Shown: in pieces, positions 20,756-30,887 of the stretch
How the letters are laid out: the number at the start of each line of letters is the position of its first letter
Numbering within the stretch: position 1 is the first letter of the stretch
DNA from: Candidatus Sumerlaeota bacterium
GTDB lineage: Bacteria > Sumerlaeota > Sumerlaeia > Sumerlaeales > Sumerlaeaceae
Reading direction: 5' to 3'
Assembly: GCA_026398535.1 (NCBI GenBank)
Contig: JAPLSQ010000076.1
Coordinates: 10,237-74,236 of the forward strand
Length of the DNA: 64,000 nt
Position numbers and translations under genes: made by a program
Notes under the pieces: generated by a model
Told to the model about the DNA's origin: nothing
What the model saw: only the letters and a program-made list of their open reading frames with translations
Database searches by the model: none

Positions 20756-22406
20756 CAGAGTCTTTTTCCTTTTCCTTTGATGATTGGACGAACTGGACGG
20801 GTTGGACATTTGCTTGTGGTTGGGGATTGTCCGATGGCTCGGGGTCATGGGGAATGCGATAACGCGGCGGACGGCCAAGTTCCAACATGAGGGCGTTGAT
20901 TTCCTGTTTGAGTTCGATCATGCGCTGTTCGCGCCCGACCATCGCGCTGTTGAAGGCTTCAAGCTCTTTCATTGTCCTGAGCAGCTTGACCTCGGCTTTT
21001 TTGCGCTTGCCGATGTCATGCACAGACGCCAGAATCTGCTCTTTTCCAAGCACGGACGTCAGGCGCATGGTGACCTCGGTCCAGAAGAGTTTGCCCTCCT
21101 TGCCGCGGGCAAGCCATTCGAACGTCTGCCGTTGTCCCTCCATTGCGCGCCGCAGATGTTCGCGCGCATCTTCCTCTGAATAGGGCGTTTCCCCCGCGCT
21201 GAGTTCGCCGATTGTCAAATGCAGAATCTCATCGCGGCTGTAATCATACATTTCAATTGCGCGCTCGTTGACGTCCACGATTGCTCCGTCCGGGATGTCG
21301 TGCACAAAAATGGCGTCGTCGAGCGAATCAAAGAGGATGCGTATGCGCCGCTCATTTTCCCGGACAGCCTCGTCGGTGCGCCTGCGCTCGGTTATGTCGT
21401 GCAGGCGGATGAGACGTCCCACCACCAAACGCTCGCGGAAACGCACATCCTGGACGGAGACATCGAAGGCGCGCGTCTGGCCGCCCGCGCTCAAACTGAT
21501 CTCGCCGCTTGTCACCGCTGTTTGTGAGCCATCGCCAAGGTATTCCGCAAGCTGAGGGAGCACATCAGCCGCGCGTTGTTCCAGCATCATCAGGGTGAGC
21601 CCGAACGTCTCCCTTGCGGACCTGTTCATGTCGAGCAGATACCCCTTCTCATCGACAACAAGTATCACGTCTGAAATGCTGTTCATGACCATTTCACGGG
21701 TGATTGGCGCAATGTCCAGGGCGCGGTAATAAAACACCGCAAAGAAGATCATTGAACTCGACACAACCTGCGCCGGAACCGCCATATTATAATGGGGCAC
21801 GGGTGTGATGTCCAATTGGAAAAGTATGTTCACAAGGTCCACAAACACGACCCCAAGGCCGATGAAAGCGGTCTGGCGTCGCTTGATGGGATTGCCTTTG
21901 ATGAAGGCGGTGAAGAGCAACACGAATGAAGCAACACAAGCGATTTGCGCGTAGCAAAACTGAACCCAATACCACGGGCCGTTGGTAAATAGAATGAGGC
22001 TCAGCGCGCCATGGTTGAAGAGCCGGTAGTCGTAGCGGAAAAGTTTGTGTGAGCCGCTGGTCAGTGACAACACGATGATCACAGCGGGCACGATGGCCAA
22101 AAGCAGCCAGCGCCCGCGGCGCAGCCAGCGCCCATAACCCCCATTCTGGATGGCCATCACGAGCAACGCCGATGCCAGAGGAGCGAGGGGGATGAAACGG
22201 GCCTTGGCCCAGAACACCTTCAGGCTGAAGTCGATCGTGACGATCTCCAGCGTGTAAATAATGCACCAAAGCGAACCGCACAACACCAACAGCCCCATTG
22301 AAACAGCCATGGGAACCGTGCGGTGGCGAAAACTGTAGATGGCGATAATGAGCGTCACCACCGCGGCAAAAACATTAGGAGCAATGTATGGAATCAGGGC
22401 AAGCAT
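20739..22406 (-). CDS. Membrane sensor: N-terminal multi-TM (7TM-like) domain, two PAS domains, C-terminal coiled coil, and no output domain.
   Basis: Roughly 7 hydrophobic helices in the first 230 aa, PAS motifs (ISDVILVVDEKGYLLDMNRSARETFG; LFDSLDDAIFVHDIPDGAIVDVNERAIEMYDY), and a coiled-coil ending (MIELKQEINALMLEL). There is no HisKA, HATPase or GGDEF domain. Confidence 0.75.
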   Translation of the reverse strand: MLALIPYIAPNVFAAVVTLIIAIYSFRHRTVPMAVSMGLLVLCGSLWCIIYTLEIVTIDFSLKVFWAKARFIPLAPLASALLVMAIQNGGYGRWLRRGRWLLLAIVPAVIIVLSLTSGSHKLFRYDYRLFNHGALSLILFTNGPWYWVQFCYAQIACVASFVLLFTAFIKGNPIKRRQTAFIGLGVVFVDLVNILFQLDITPVPHYNMAVPAQVVSSSMIFFAVFYYRALDIAPITREMVMNSISDVILVVDEKGYLLDMNRSARETFGLTLMMLEQRAADVLPQLAEYLGDGSQTAVTSGEISLSAGGQTRAFDVSVQDVRFRERLVVGRLIRLHDITERRRTDEAVRENERRIRILFDSLDDAIFVHDIPDGAIVDVNERAIEMYDYSRDEILHLTIGELSAGETPYSEEDAREHLRRAMEGQRQTFEWLARGKEGKLFWTEVTMRLTSVLGKEQILASVHDIGKRKKAEVKLLRTMKELEAFNSAMVGREQRMIELKQEINALMLELGRPPRYRIPHDPEPSDNPQPQANVQPVQFVQSSKEKEKDSDGNNT

Positions 22407-22670
22407 TCTGTGTCACCAAAGTTCTTCAGCCGCGAAAAAGCAACTAACATGCAGGCTGTAAAAGGCAAGAGCCATGTGAATCGCACGCGCACACCATGTG
22501 CCAGCTAATATTCGAGGCCCGTTGTGTTGATCACATTGTAAGGTCATTCACGCTCGCGAAAGTCTTTTGATCAATCCGGCGGTTTTCGGCACAATAAATG
22601 TTATTGACTTAGGCGGCCTGTCGAGGTTGACATGCCATATTTGGTGCTACGGATGGTGTCGAGATAGAAT

Positions 22671-23126
22671 ATGTTGTGTCCTTTTTGCGCCCATATTGAA
22701 AGCAAAGTTGTCAACTCGCGTCAGAGCTCCAAAGGCGAGACGATTCGCCGTCGGCGCGAATGCCTGAAGTGCAGCCACCGGTTCACAACTTTTGAGGTCG
22801 TCGAAAAACTGCCGATTGTTGTGATCAAGCGCGACGGACGGAGGGAAGCCTTTGACCGGCAGAAAATTGCCAATGGCATTCTGCGCGCCTGCGAAAAACG
22901 CCCCGTCACGTTCGAACAGGTCGAGCGCATTGTTCAATTCGTGGAACAAAATCTCTACAACAGCATGGAGAAGGAAGTCAGCTCGCTCAAGATCGGCGAG
23001 ATGGTGCTGAGGAAATTGCGCGAGGTTGACGAAGTGGCCTATGTGCGGTTTGCCAGTGTGTACCGGCAGTTCCGCGATGTGAGCGAGTTCAGCCACGAAG
23101 TGCGCGTGCTGACGCAAACGGAATAG
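22671..23126 (+). CDS. nrdR: Transcriptional repressor NrdR (zinc ribbon plus ATP-cone).
   Basis: MLCPFCAH...CLKC zinc ribbon and an ATP-cone (VIKRDGRREAFDRQKIANGILRACEKRP). Confidence 0.9.
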   Translation: MLCPFCAHIESKVVNSRQSSKGETIRRRRECLKCSHRFTTFEVVEKLPIVVIKRDGRREAFDRQKIANGILRACEKRPVTFEQVERIVQFVEQNLYNSMEKEVSSLKIGEMVLRKLREVDEVAYVRFASVYRQFRDVSEFSHEVRVLTQTE

Positions 23127-23205
23127 AAGCAAGAGACCGGGAGAAAACCACAAAAACGTGTTCCATAGTGGGCGGGCGGGGACGCCCGCGCTTCCAGCAT
23201 CATTC

Positions 23206-24438
23206 TCAGCCGAAGATCAGATTGCGTTTTCTCTGGTTGTATTCGATTTTTTCCAGCGGTGAGAGCGCCGTGATTTCGGCGTCGGTGAGCTCGCGGAATT
23301 CTCTGTTTCCGTCTGACGCGCCGCCGGACATGCTGACTGCTGTTGCGGGCTTTTGCGCGCTCCCGCCGCCATAACTGGCGGCCGTGCTGGTGCTTTCCAT
23401 GTCGTTGTCGAGCGGGCGCATCGGCTTGATGCCGAGCTTCTGTAGCACGCCGTGATAGGCTTTCACCGCTTCCGCGGGGCCGATCTCATCGTCGGCGATG
23501 CGTCTGAGGAATTCGACGAACGCAAGCTGATGCTCGGCATTGTTGATTTTTCGCCCGAAAAGCGCGGCGCGCGCGCCATATTTTTTCGCTTCGTAGAGCA
23601 GGTTGAAGGCGTCGAATGTCGTGCCGGCGGCGCCGCCCAGCACGCCCGGCACAAGATCCGGCGCGTAGCGGGCCAGGGCCTCCATGGCCTTTGGTCCGTG
23701 ATAGGCGATTTTCAGGAAGACGGGGCGCCCGGCGGAGGGCACGCCCGCAAGCGTGCGCGCGATGTGATCGTTGATAAAATCCCCCAGCAACTTCGGGTCC
23801 ACAACGCCGGGCATGTTCGGATCGAAAACCTCAAGAAAATGCCTGAATCCCTTGCGCTCAGCCTCAATGCGGAAGTCGCGGTACCACTGGAGAGCCTCGC
23901 GGTCGCGCTCAAGGTTGTTGTTGAATGTCAGCGAGTAAAGACCAAGGTCGGCGCCAAGGGAGCGGTCGGCGGGCGCGCAATCCGCCTTGCCGCACTGGAT
24001 CTGGTCAATTGTCGCTGTGCGAAACGGGCGGCTGGGCTCTTTTGTATAAACCCCGCCGCGCGTCACGAAAATGTCGGTCGTGTCGTTGGCGCGCGCCGCC
24101 GGGGTGATATGCGAGTTGTCGAAGAGCCTCTCCTGGATCGTGAGAACCTCGTTTGAGCTGGCGCTCATGAGCATGATGTCGACCAAGCCCTGTTGAACGA
24201 CATCGCGCATGCACTGCCGGTATTCGGCAAGCGTGCGGAAGCGCCCCTCCGCGCCGTGATACTCAGGCGATTTGCCCGGCGCCGCCAGCCCATACGCCAT
24301 GTCCGCGTCCTTCGCGTCGGCGATGATGAATGCTTTTGATGTGTGAGGATTGGCCCGGATACCGGCCAATTTCCTGTCGAGACTCTTTTCCATTGGCATA
24401 ATGGAAATGAAATAGAACAAGGTTTGATGAAGGCTCAA
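23206..24438 (-). CDS. DhnA/FbaB-like class I aldolase family protein (DeoC/LacD superfamily) with a Gly/Ser-rich C-terminal extension.
   Basis: C-terminal region LGGAAGTTFDAFNLLYEAKKYGARAALFGRKINN aligns by eye with the FbaB/DhnA NSGGAAGG...GLILGRKAFKK segment. A candidate Schiff-base lysine is FLKIAYHG. The track start is TTG at 24438; in-frame ATGs lie at 24399 and 24393. Confidence 0.45.
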   Translation of the reverse strand: MSLHQTLFYFISIMPMEKSLDRKLAGIRANPHTSKAFIIADAKDADMAYGLAAPGKSPEYHGAEGRFRTLAEYRQCMRDVVQQGLVDIMLMSASSNEVLTIQERLFDNSHITPAARANDTTDIFVTRGGVYTKEPSRPFRTATIDQIQCGKADCAPADRSLGADLGLYSLTFNNNLERDREALQWYRDFRIEAERKGFRHFLEVFDPNMPGVVDPKLLGDFINDHIARTLAGVPSAGRPVFLKIAYHGPKAMEALARYAPDLVPGVLGGAAGTTFDAFNLLYEAKKYGARAALFGRKINNAEHQLAFVEFLRRIADDEIGPAEAVKAYHGVLQKLGIKPMRPLDNDMESTSTAASYGGGSAQKPATAVSMSGGASDGNREFRELTDAEITALSPLEKIEYNQRKRNLIFG

Positions 24439-24850
24439 TCAGAAATTTCATTCATAGGTGGTACAGATGGCAGGTTCAGCGGCCTGTTTTTTATTAATGC
24501 CGTGTGGAGTTGGCGAAGCGATGACTGACAGCCAATCCATGCGCGCCAATTCTCTCACCGCAGAACATGGGCAGGCTGAAAGCTCGCACCACATAGATGA
24601 GCAGGATGCATTTTGAAACAGGACTCACATTCTATGGTCATGCGAATCGGGTGTTTCGTAATGACACACCCATGAGGAGGACGGGTAAAAGTTTATCTTG
24701 TCATTGATTGTTTTATATGGTCTTATATGCATCAAAGAAACACACGGTCTCTGGCATCAGACTTGCTCACTCATTCTGATTGAATGAAAATCGATCAATT
24801 GACAGCACCTTCGCCTGTTTTTATCGGGCGGCGGTGCGGAAGGCGTTAAA

Positions 24851-26785
24851 ATGGGAAAAGTTATCGGAATTGATCTTGGAACAACAAATAGTTGCGTTGC
24901 CGTGATGGAGGGCGGAGAACCCGCCGTGATCCAGAACGCCGAGGGCAGCCGCACAACCCCGTCGGTTGTGGCATTCACTAAGAACGGGGAAGTGCTCGTG
25001 GGCGCCGTGGCCAAACGCCAGGCAATCACGAATCCGCAGAATACCATATTCAGCATCAAGCGGTTCATGGGGCGCAAGTACGACGAAGTCCCCAATGAAA
25101 TCAAGCGCGTGCCTTACAAAGTCATACGGCGCGACAATGGCGATGCCGCCGTTGACATCGAGGGCAAGGTGTATTCGCCGCCGGAGATATCCGCGCGCAT
25201 TCTACAGAAAATGAAACAGACAGCCGAGGATTATCTCGGCGAGAAGGTGACTCAGGCGGTTATCACGGTGCCGGCATACTTCAATGACGCGCAACGCCAG
25301 GCGACGAAGGACGCCGGGCGAATCGCGGGTCTTGAGGTGTTGCGCATCATCAACGAGCCGACGGCGGCATCGCTGGCCTACGGCCTTGGCAAGGACAAGG
25401 ACGAAACCATCGCGGTGTACGATCTTGGCGGCGGCACATTCGATATTTCAACTCTCGAGCTTGGCGATGGCGTGTTCGAGGTCAAGTCAACCAACGGCGA
25501 TACGCATCTCGGCGGCGACGATTTCGACCAGCTTCTGATCGATTACATCGCCGACGAGTTCAAAAAGGAGCAGGGGATTGACCTGCGCAAGGATCCCATG
25601 GCGCTCCAGCGCCTGAAGGAAGGCGCCGAGAAGGCCAAGTGCGAGCTGTCGACCGCCATGACGTCAAACGTCAATCTGCCCTTCATCACGGCGGACGCGA
25701 ACGGCCCCAAGCATCTCAACATGGACATCACGCGCGCGCGGTTCGAGCAACTCATCATGGACCTCGTCGAGCACTCCCTTGAGCCGTGCCGCAAGGCCGT
25801 GACCGATGCCGGCGTGAAAGTCGAAAATATCGACGAGGTCATCCTCGTCGGCGGTTCAACGCGCATTCCGCTCGTTCAACAGAAAGTGAAGGATTTCTTC
25901 AAAAAAGAGCCCCACAAGGGCGTGAATCCGGATGAGGTTGTGGCTGTGGGCGCGTCAATCCAGGCGGGCGTGCTGACGGGCGAGCGAAAGGATGTGCTCC
26001 TGCTCGATGTGACGCCCCTGTCGCTGGGCATTGAAACCCTCGGCGGTGTGTTCACGAAACTTATCGAGCGCAACACCACGATTCCAACAAAGAAAAGCGA
26101 AATTTTTTCGACAGCGTCGGACAACCAGACGGCCGTGTCGATCCATGTGCTTCAGGGCGAGCGTGAATTGGCGGCCTATAACCGCACACTCGCGAAGTTC
26201 GACCTGCTGGGCATCCCGCTGGCGCCGCGAGGCGTGCCGCAGATCGAAGTCACATTCGATATCGACGCCAATGGGATCGTGCATGTGAGCGCCAAGGACC
26301 TTGGAACGGGCAAGGAGCAGAAAGTCCAGATCACGGCGTCAAGCGGGCTCGACGAGAGTGAGATCAAAAAAATGGTCAACGACGCCAAGGAGCACGCGGT
26401 GGAGGATGCCGCCAAACGCGAAGAGGTTGCCGTGCGCAACCAGGCTGACACGCTTGTTTACGCGACCGAACGCACGCTGAATGAGGTCGGTGACAAAATC
26501 GGCGCGGAGGACAAACTCGCCGTCGAGAACGCCATTGCCGGTCTCAAAAAGGCCATCGATAGCGGCACGAAGGACGAGATGAAGACCGGCATTGAGAAAC
26601 TGAACCAGGCCGGCCACAAGCTCAGCGAGCATCTGTACAAACAGGCATCGTCGACGGGCGCGGGCGCGGCTGGACCCGGCGCACAGGGATTTGCGGGCGC
26701 CGGTCCCGGAGCGGCGGGCGCGGCTCAAAGCGGCCCGCAGGACGGCCCCGAGGTTGTCGAAGGAGAAATCGTCAACGAGAAGTAA
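24851..26785 (+). CDS. dnaK: Molecular chaperone DnaK (Hsp70).
   Basis: [28 protein letters not shown], and a full substrate-binding and lid region; 644 aa. Confidence 0.97.
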   Translation: MGKVIGIDLGTTNSCVAVMEGGEPAVIQNAEGSRTTPSVVAFTKNGEVLVGAVAKRQAITNPQNTIFSIKRFMGRKYDEVPNEIKRVPYKVIRRDNGDAAVDIEGKVYSPPEISARILQKMKQTAEDYLGEKVTQAVITVPAYFNDAQRQATKDAGRIAGLEVLRIINEPTAASLAYGLGKDKDETIAVYDLGGGTFDISTLELGDGVFEVKSTNGDTHLGGDDFDQLLIDYIADEFKKEQGIDLRKDPMALQRLKEGAEKAKCELSTAMTSNVNLPFITADANGPKHLNMDITRARFEQLIMDLVEHSLEPCRKAVTDAGVKVENIDEVILVGGSTRIPLVQQKVKDFFKKEPHKGVNPDEVVAVGASIQAGVLTGERKDVLLLDVTPLSLGIETLGGVFTKLIERNTTIPTKKSEIFSTASDNQTAVSIHVLQGERELAAYNRTLAKFDLLGIPLAPRGVPQIEVTFDIDANGIVHVSAKDLGTGKEQKVQITASSGLDESEIKKMVNDAKEHAVEDAAKREEVAVRNQADTLVYATERTLNEVGDKIGAEDKLAVENAIAGLKKAIDSGTKDEMKTGIEKLNQAGHKLSEHLYKQASSTGAGAAGPGAQGFAGAGPGAAGAAQSGPQDGPEVVEGEIVNEK

Positions 26786-26798
26786 CAATCCGCGGACT

Positions 26799-26825
26799 GT
26801 GGGCGGGATCGCCGGTCCCGCCCAC
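26799..26825. terminator. GC-rich hairpin between the convergent dnaK and mgtC genes.
   Basis: GTGGGCGGGAtcgccggTCCCGCCCAC is a perfect 10-bp stem. There is no clear U-tract on either side, so it may act as a bidirectional intrinsic terminator typical of high-GC genomes. Confidence 0.45.
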
Positions 26826-26837
26826 AATTAAACCGGG

Positions 26838-27572
26838 CTAATACTCGCCGTTCGGCGCGGGCGCGGACGCGGGCGGGGATTGGTTGGGAAGGGAGAGATC
26901 GATTTTTTTCACTTCCGGCATGTTGGCAAGCCGAGCCATGAGCTGCCTGTGGTCGCGGCGCGCCTGCAGGAGATCAAGATCAAGCTGCATCAAGCCGCCG
27001 TCGATCTCCCTGCACAAGTGCCGATGCATTATGATCCGGTATTCGTCCAGCACTTCCATAATGAGAACATAGCCTTTTCCATTGTTCGGATCAAATGTCA
27101 ACGTGACATGCCCTATGGGCGAACGCCGAATATGGGAGTATTCCCAAATGGAAATGATGGACAGGATGAAAAATATCAGGCAGCTCAGTCCCAATCCCGC
27201 CGCGGCATATCCTGTTCCCACCACGATTCCCATTGCGGCGACAGCCCAGACCGTGGCGGCGGTGGTCATGCCTGACACGCCCATGGCGCCCCGCATGATG
27301 GCGCCCGCGCCAAGAAAACCTATGCCCGTGACGATCTGCGCCGCAACGCGCCCTGAATCACCGGTGGATGTCGTGAACACGAAAGACACCATCGTGAACA
27401 CGGCCGAACCAAGACAGACGAGGATCATGGTTCTCAGCCCCGCCGGTTTTTCCTTGCGAGCTCTTTCCTGTCCCACAATCCACCCGCATGCCACGGCGAC
27501 AAACACGAGCGCGATGAGATTCCATGGATAGGCAATTTCCTGCCGCCAGTTGCCGATGAGCCAGTGTGTCAT
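26838..27572 (-). CDS. mgtC: MgtC/SapB family membrane protein.
   Basis: MgtC-family membrane domain (IVGQERARKEKPAGLRTMILVCLGSA...GIGFLGAGAIMR) plus an ACT-like C-terminal part. A strong GGGAGG RBS lies 7 nt upstream. Confidence 0.8.
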   Translation of the reverse strand: MTHWLIGNWRQEIAYPWNLIALVFVAVACGWIVGQERARKEKPAGLRTMILVCLGSAVFTMVSFVFTTSTGDSGRVAAQIVTGIGFLGAGAIMRGAMGVSGMTTAATVWAVAAMGIVVGTGYAAAGLGLSCLIFFILSIISIWEYSHIRRSPIGHVTLTFDPNNGKGYVLIMEVLDEYRIIMHRHLCREIDGGLMQLDLDLLQARRDHRQLMARLANMPEVKKIDLSLPNQSPPASAPAPNGEY

Positions 27573-28160
27573 TCAAGCCTCCCGCATGATGTTAGCCAAC
27601 ATATCGCGCGATGTCATATGATTTTTCATGCGCCGCCAACCATCACCGCTTGCAGGCATGGAGTCAATGTCATCTTTGATGGCAGGGTGAGTGTCAGGCG
27701 CGCACGAACACGGACGGACATGGGCGGGCAGGGAGAAGGCGCCTGTGGTTATTTGAAGAGCAGGCCCATTGCCTGGTTTGCGGCTTTGCGCTGACGATCA
27801 GCCTGTGGTGTGGCCAGTTCGGGCCAGCGTTCGCCGTTGCGCTTGCGGCGCGGGGTCGCCGGGTTTCGCGCCATCCCGGCGCCCCAACGGCACATTAGCA
27901 TCGATCGTTGCGCCCTCCTTTGTGCGCACCCGCTAATAGTGGTTGTAATAACGATATTCGCCCGTTGAGGAGTGGCGCCGCAAACCAAACCACCAGCGCC
28001 GCGTCCTGTAAACATCCGTGATGGTTCCCTCCCATGACACAACCGATGCCGCGCGGTCAAGCACAGGATGCAATTGCCTGCCATGAGTTCTTGCTTCAGA
28101 CATTCCGCCTGTGCATTTCATCTTTCCTGCATGTAATTTAACTGGAATGGAACGTCCGCC

Positions 28161-28547
28161 ATGGAAGAAGTGACCCGGAAACTCAAAAAGATGCTCGATC
28201 TCTCCCCGGATGAAATTTACCATGTTTTCTGTCTTGCGCTGTGCGTGAGTTGCATCGACGGGAAGATGACAGAGAAGGAGGGGGAGCTGCTGACGCGGCT
28301 GGGATTCGGGCTGGGGCTGACGCCGCAGGATATCGAGGCGCTGACGGACAACGCCAGGCAGGCAATCAAAGAAACGAGCATCAGTGATGTCATCGCTTTC
28401 TCGCTGGCGCGGCTGAAGACACAACTGACGCATGAACAGCTTGGCGCCGTGAAACAGATTCTGCGGCATGTGGCGGCGGTTGACCGGGAGATTCTGGAAT
28501 CGGAAAAGGCGCTGCTTGAGCTCGTTCAGGAGATTTGGGAAGACTAA
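28161..28547 (+). CDS. TerB-like domain protein (tellurite-resistance TerB / DjlA-N-like fold).
   Basis: 128-aa all-helical protein with a TerB-like pattern (CLALCVSCIDGKMTEKEGELL...GLTPQDIEAL...AVDREILESEKALLELV). Confidence 0.5.
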   Translation: MEEVTRKLKKMLDLSPDEIYHVFCLALCVSCIDGKMTEKEGELLTRLGFGLGLTPQDIEALTDNARQAIKETSISDVIAFSLARLKTQLTHEQLGAVKQILRHVAAVDREILESEKALLELVQEIWED

Positions 28548-28587
28548 ACATCCCGCGGCGTTGGACGACGCATTGGCGGCTGATGAA

Positions 28588-30342
28588 TCAGCCAGCCGCT
28601 TCGAGTTCTGTGATCATGCGCAGGAGATCGTCGATCTTGTCCTCGAGCGCGGCATTGTCGCCGGAATCGATGAGATGGCGCAGTTCGGCGGTTTGCTGTT
28701 GTATCTGCCGCGCCAATGGGTGCGCGCTTCGGGATTTGGCGAGGGTTTCTGCACGCGCCACAAGATCGCGCGCCTCGTCCACGACCGTTTCCTGAATGCG
28801 TTCGCGCAGCATGCGCGACACGCGCTCGCGCGCCTCTTTCATCATTTTGGTCTTTTCCGTGTCGCTGAGGCGCGTTCCCGTGGCCTCGATCATGATGCGT
28901 TTTTCAACGCCTGTCGCGAGGTCTTCGGCTTTTGCCTCAAGGATGCGGTCGGGTGATAAACGGAAAGTGACCTCGATGCGCGGCACACCGCGCGGGGCCG
29001 GTGTGATGCCCTCGATGCGCAGCAGGTCGAGAAATGTGTTTTCCGAAGCCGCAAGCTCCTCGCCCTCGTAGATCGGGAAGCTGATGGCCTCCTGGAAATC
29101 TCTTGTGGTGGTGAAGATGTCCTTTGCCTCGGTGGGATAGGTCGAGTTGCGCTCGATGATGACGCTGAACTGGTCGTTCTGCAGACCCACGCCGAGCGAG
29201 AACGGCGTCATGTGGATGATGACGGGCTTTTCCTTGCCGTAGCGCGCAGCCAGCGTGTCCTCGATGTCGCCGCTGAGCGGCGCGATGACGAGTGACTGGA
29301 CAGCGGCGCCCATCGCCACAACCTCTTCGGGCGAAATGTCGCGGTGCGGATTCTTGTTCAGGTGCTCCTTGACGAGCCTTTGCACGGCGGGGATGCGCGT
29401 TGTGCCGCCGACGAGAAGGATGGTGTTGATCTTGTCTGCCGTCAGTTTGGCATCCTCGATGGCTTTATGTATCGGATCGACAGTCTTCTGGATGATGTCG
29501 TTTATGAGCTCCTCGAATTTCGCCCGCGACAGCACGGTGTCAAGCGTCAACGGTCCTTTTTCGGTCATCTTTATGGCTTCGACCAGGATGTGCGATTCTT
29601 TGATTTCGCTCAACTCGATCTTGGCGTCCTCGGCGGCTTCCTTGAGGCGTTGCATGGCGACGGGATCGTCCTTCAGGTCGATGCCCTCCGCCTTTTTGAA
29701 TTCCTCGATGAGCCACTTGACAAGGCGGTTGTCAATGTCGTCGCCGCCCAGTTGCGTGTTGCCGTGGATGGCAAGCACTTGGAAAACGCCCGAGATGACT
29801 TCGATGATGGCCACGTCGAAGGTGCCGCCGCCGAAGTCGTAGACGAGCAGGATTTGGTCCTGGTTTTTATCCATGCCATAGGCGAGGGCCGCCGCCGTGG
29901 GCTCGTCAATGATGCGGCGCACCTTGAGACCAGCGATTTCCCCGGAATCCTTTGTCGCCTGGCGTTGCGCGTCGGTGAAATAAGCCGGCACTGTGATGAT
30001 GGCTTGGCTGATCGCCTCGCCGAAGTAGTCCTCCGCATCGCTCTTGAGCTTCTGGAGAATTATCGCCGAGATTTCCTGCGGCGTGTAGTGCTTGCCGTCG
30101 ATATTGACGCGGTAGCTGGTGCCCATATGGCGCTTGATGGAAAACACGGTCCGGCCAACATTCATCACGGCGCCGCGCTTGGCTTTTTTGCCGACGAGAA
30201 TTTCACCGCTTTTGGTGAATCCCACCACAGACGGCGTCAGCCGTTCGCCAAGACTGTTGGGCACGATCTTCGGCCCGCTCTTTTCGTATACGGCGACAAC
30301 CGAATTGGTTGTTCCAAGATCAATTCCAAGAATGCGGCTCAT
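28588..30342 (-). CDS. Hsp70-family chaperone paralog (shorter than DnaK, HscC-like).
   Basis: [18 protein letters not shown] and YDFGGGTFDVAII; 584 aa with a truncated lid. 4-bp overlap with grpE upstream. Confidence 0.85.
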   Translation of the reverse strand: MSRILGIDLGTTNSVVAVYEKSGPKIVPNSLGERLTPSVVGFTKSGEILVGKKAKRGAVMNVGRTVFSIKRHMGTSYRVNIDGKHYTPQEISAIILQKLKSDAEDYFGEAISQAIITVPAYFTDAQRQATKDSGEIAGLKVRRIIDEPTAAALAYGMDKNQDQILLVYDFGGGTFDVAIIEVISGVFQVLAIHGNTQLGGDDIDNRLVKWLIEEFKKAEGIDLKDDPVAMQRLKEAAEDAKIELSEIKESHILVEAIKMTEKGPLTLDTVLSRAKFEELINDIIQKTVDPIHKAIEDAKLTADKINTILLVGGTTRIPAVQRLVKEHLNKNPHRDISPEEVVAMGAAVQSLVIAPLSGDIEDTLAARYGKEKPVIIHMTPFSLGVGLQNDQFSVIIERNSTYPTEAKDIFTTTRDFQEAISFPIYEGEELAASENTFLDLLRIEGITPAPRGVPRIEVTFRLSPDRILEAKAEDLATGVEKRIMIEATGTRLSDTEKTKMMKEARERVSRMLRERIQETVVDEARDLVARAETLAKSRSAHPLARQIQQQTAELRHLIDSGDNAALEDKIDDLLRMITELEAAG

Positions 30343-30887
30343 GGCCTGCGTTGTCCTTCCTCATTATATGCCACCACGACTTTTGCATCACGCAAAAGCC
30401 TGCCTCTGAAGACATATCCTTTCTGCCGTTCTCCGATGACAAAATCGTTTGGGTGCTCGGACGATGGGCGGTATTCGACGACCTCGTGAAGGTTCAGATC
30501 GACCTTCTTGCCGATCGTTTTGAGCTGGAAAAGCCCATAGTTTTCAAGCACCTTGAGCAGTCTGTAATAGATGCTCTCAATGCTCTTGAGCCAGTTGTCG
30601 ATTTCTTCGCTTGCCTGGAATCCGCGGGCAAGCCCCAAAACCCAGTCGAAGCTGTCGAGGGTGGGCAGAATACTGCGAACGAACTTTTCAATCTCCACGG
30701 GTTGTTGCGAGCGCCGTTGCAGTTCCTCGTTGAGATCCTGCAGACGCTCGTTTTCAAGCATGACGCTTCCGATAAGATCCGTCAGAGCCTGCGGCTCCTC
30801 GTCGCGCGACAGAAAGACCTTCTCGGGTTTTTCGTCCACCACGAACTCGCCCTTCCCGGCGACAAGGCTTTGAAGTAAGCTTTTCAT
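30339..30887 (-). CDS. grpE: Nucleotide exchange factor GrpE.
   Basis: GrpE C-terminal beta-domain motifs (GLFQLKTIGKKVDLNLHEVVEYRPSSEHPNDFVIGERQKGYVFRGRLLRDAKVVV) after an N-terminal coiled coil. Confidence 0.85.
   Translation of the reverse strand: MKSLLQSLVAGKGEFVVDEKPEKVFLSRDEEPQALTDLIGSVMLENERLQDLNEELQRRSQQPVEIEKFVRSILPTLDSFDWVLGLARGFQASEEIDNWLKSIESIYYRLLKVLENYGLFQLKTIGKKVDLNLHEVVEYRPSSEHPNDFVIGERQKGYVFRGRLLRDAKVVVAYNEEGQRRP

Noticed and set aside
20756-20878. Longer V4R ORF version starting at 20878 and overlapping the PAS-sensor 3' end by 140 nt.
   Set aside because: The internal ATG at 20755 has an AAGGA RBS-like sequence upstream and avoids the large overlap. The long version would add a low-complexity Ser/Lys-rich N-terminus.
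24439-24850. CIRCE/HrcA operator or sigma-32 promoter upstream of dnaK.
   Set aside because: TTGCTCACTC...GAATG only weakly resembles TTAGCACTC-N9-GAGTGCTAA. I cannot support a call without a PWM scan.
27749-28084. 111-aa ORF on the minus strand in the mgtC-terB intergenic region.
   Set aside because: No RBS, biased composition, and it overlaps likely regulatory DNA. Only its last 41 codons are mentioned, as a speculative leader peptide.
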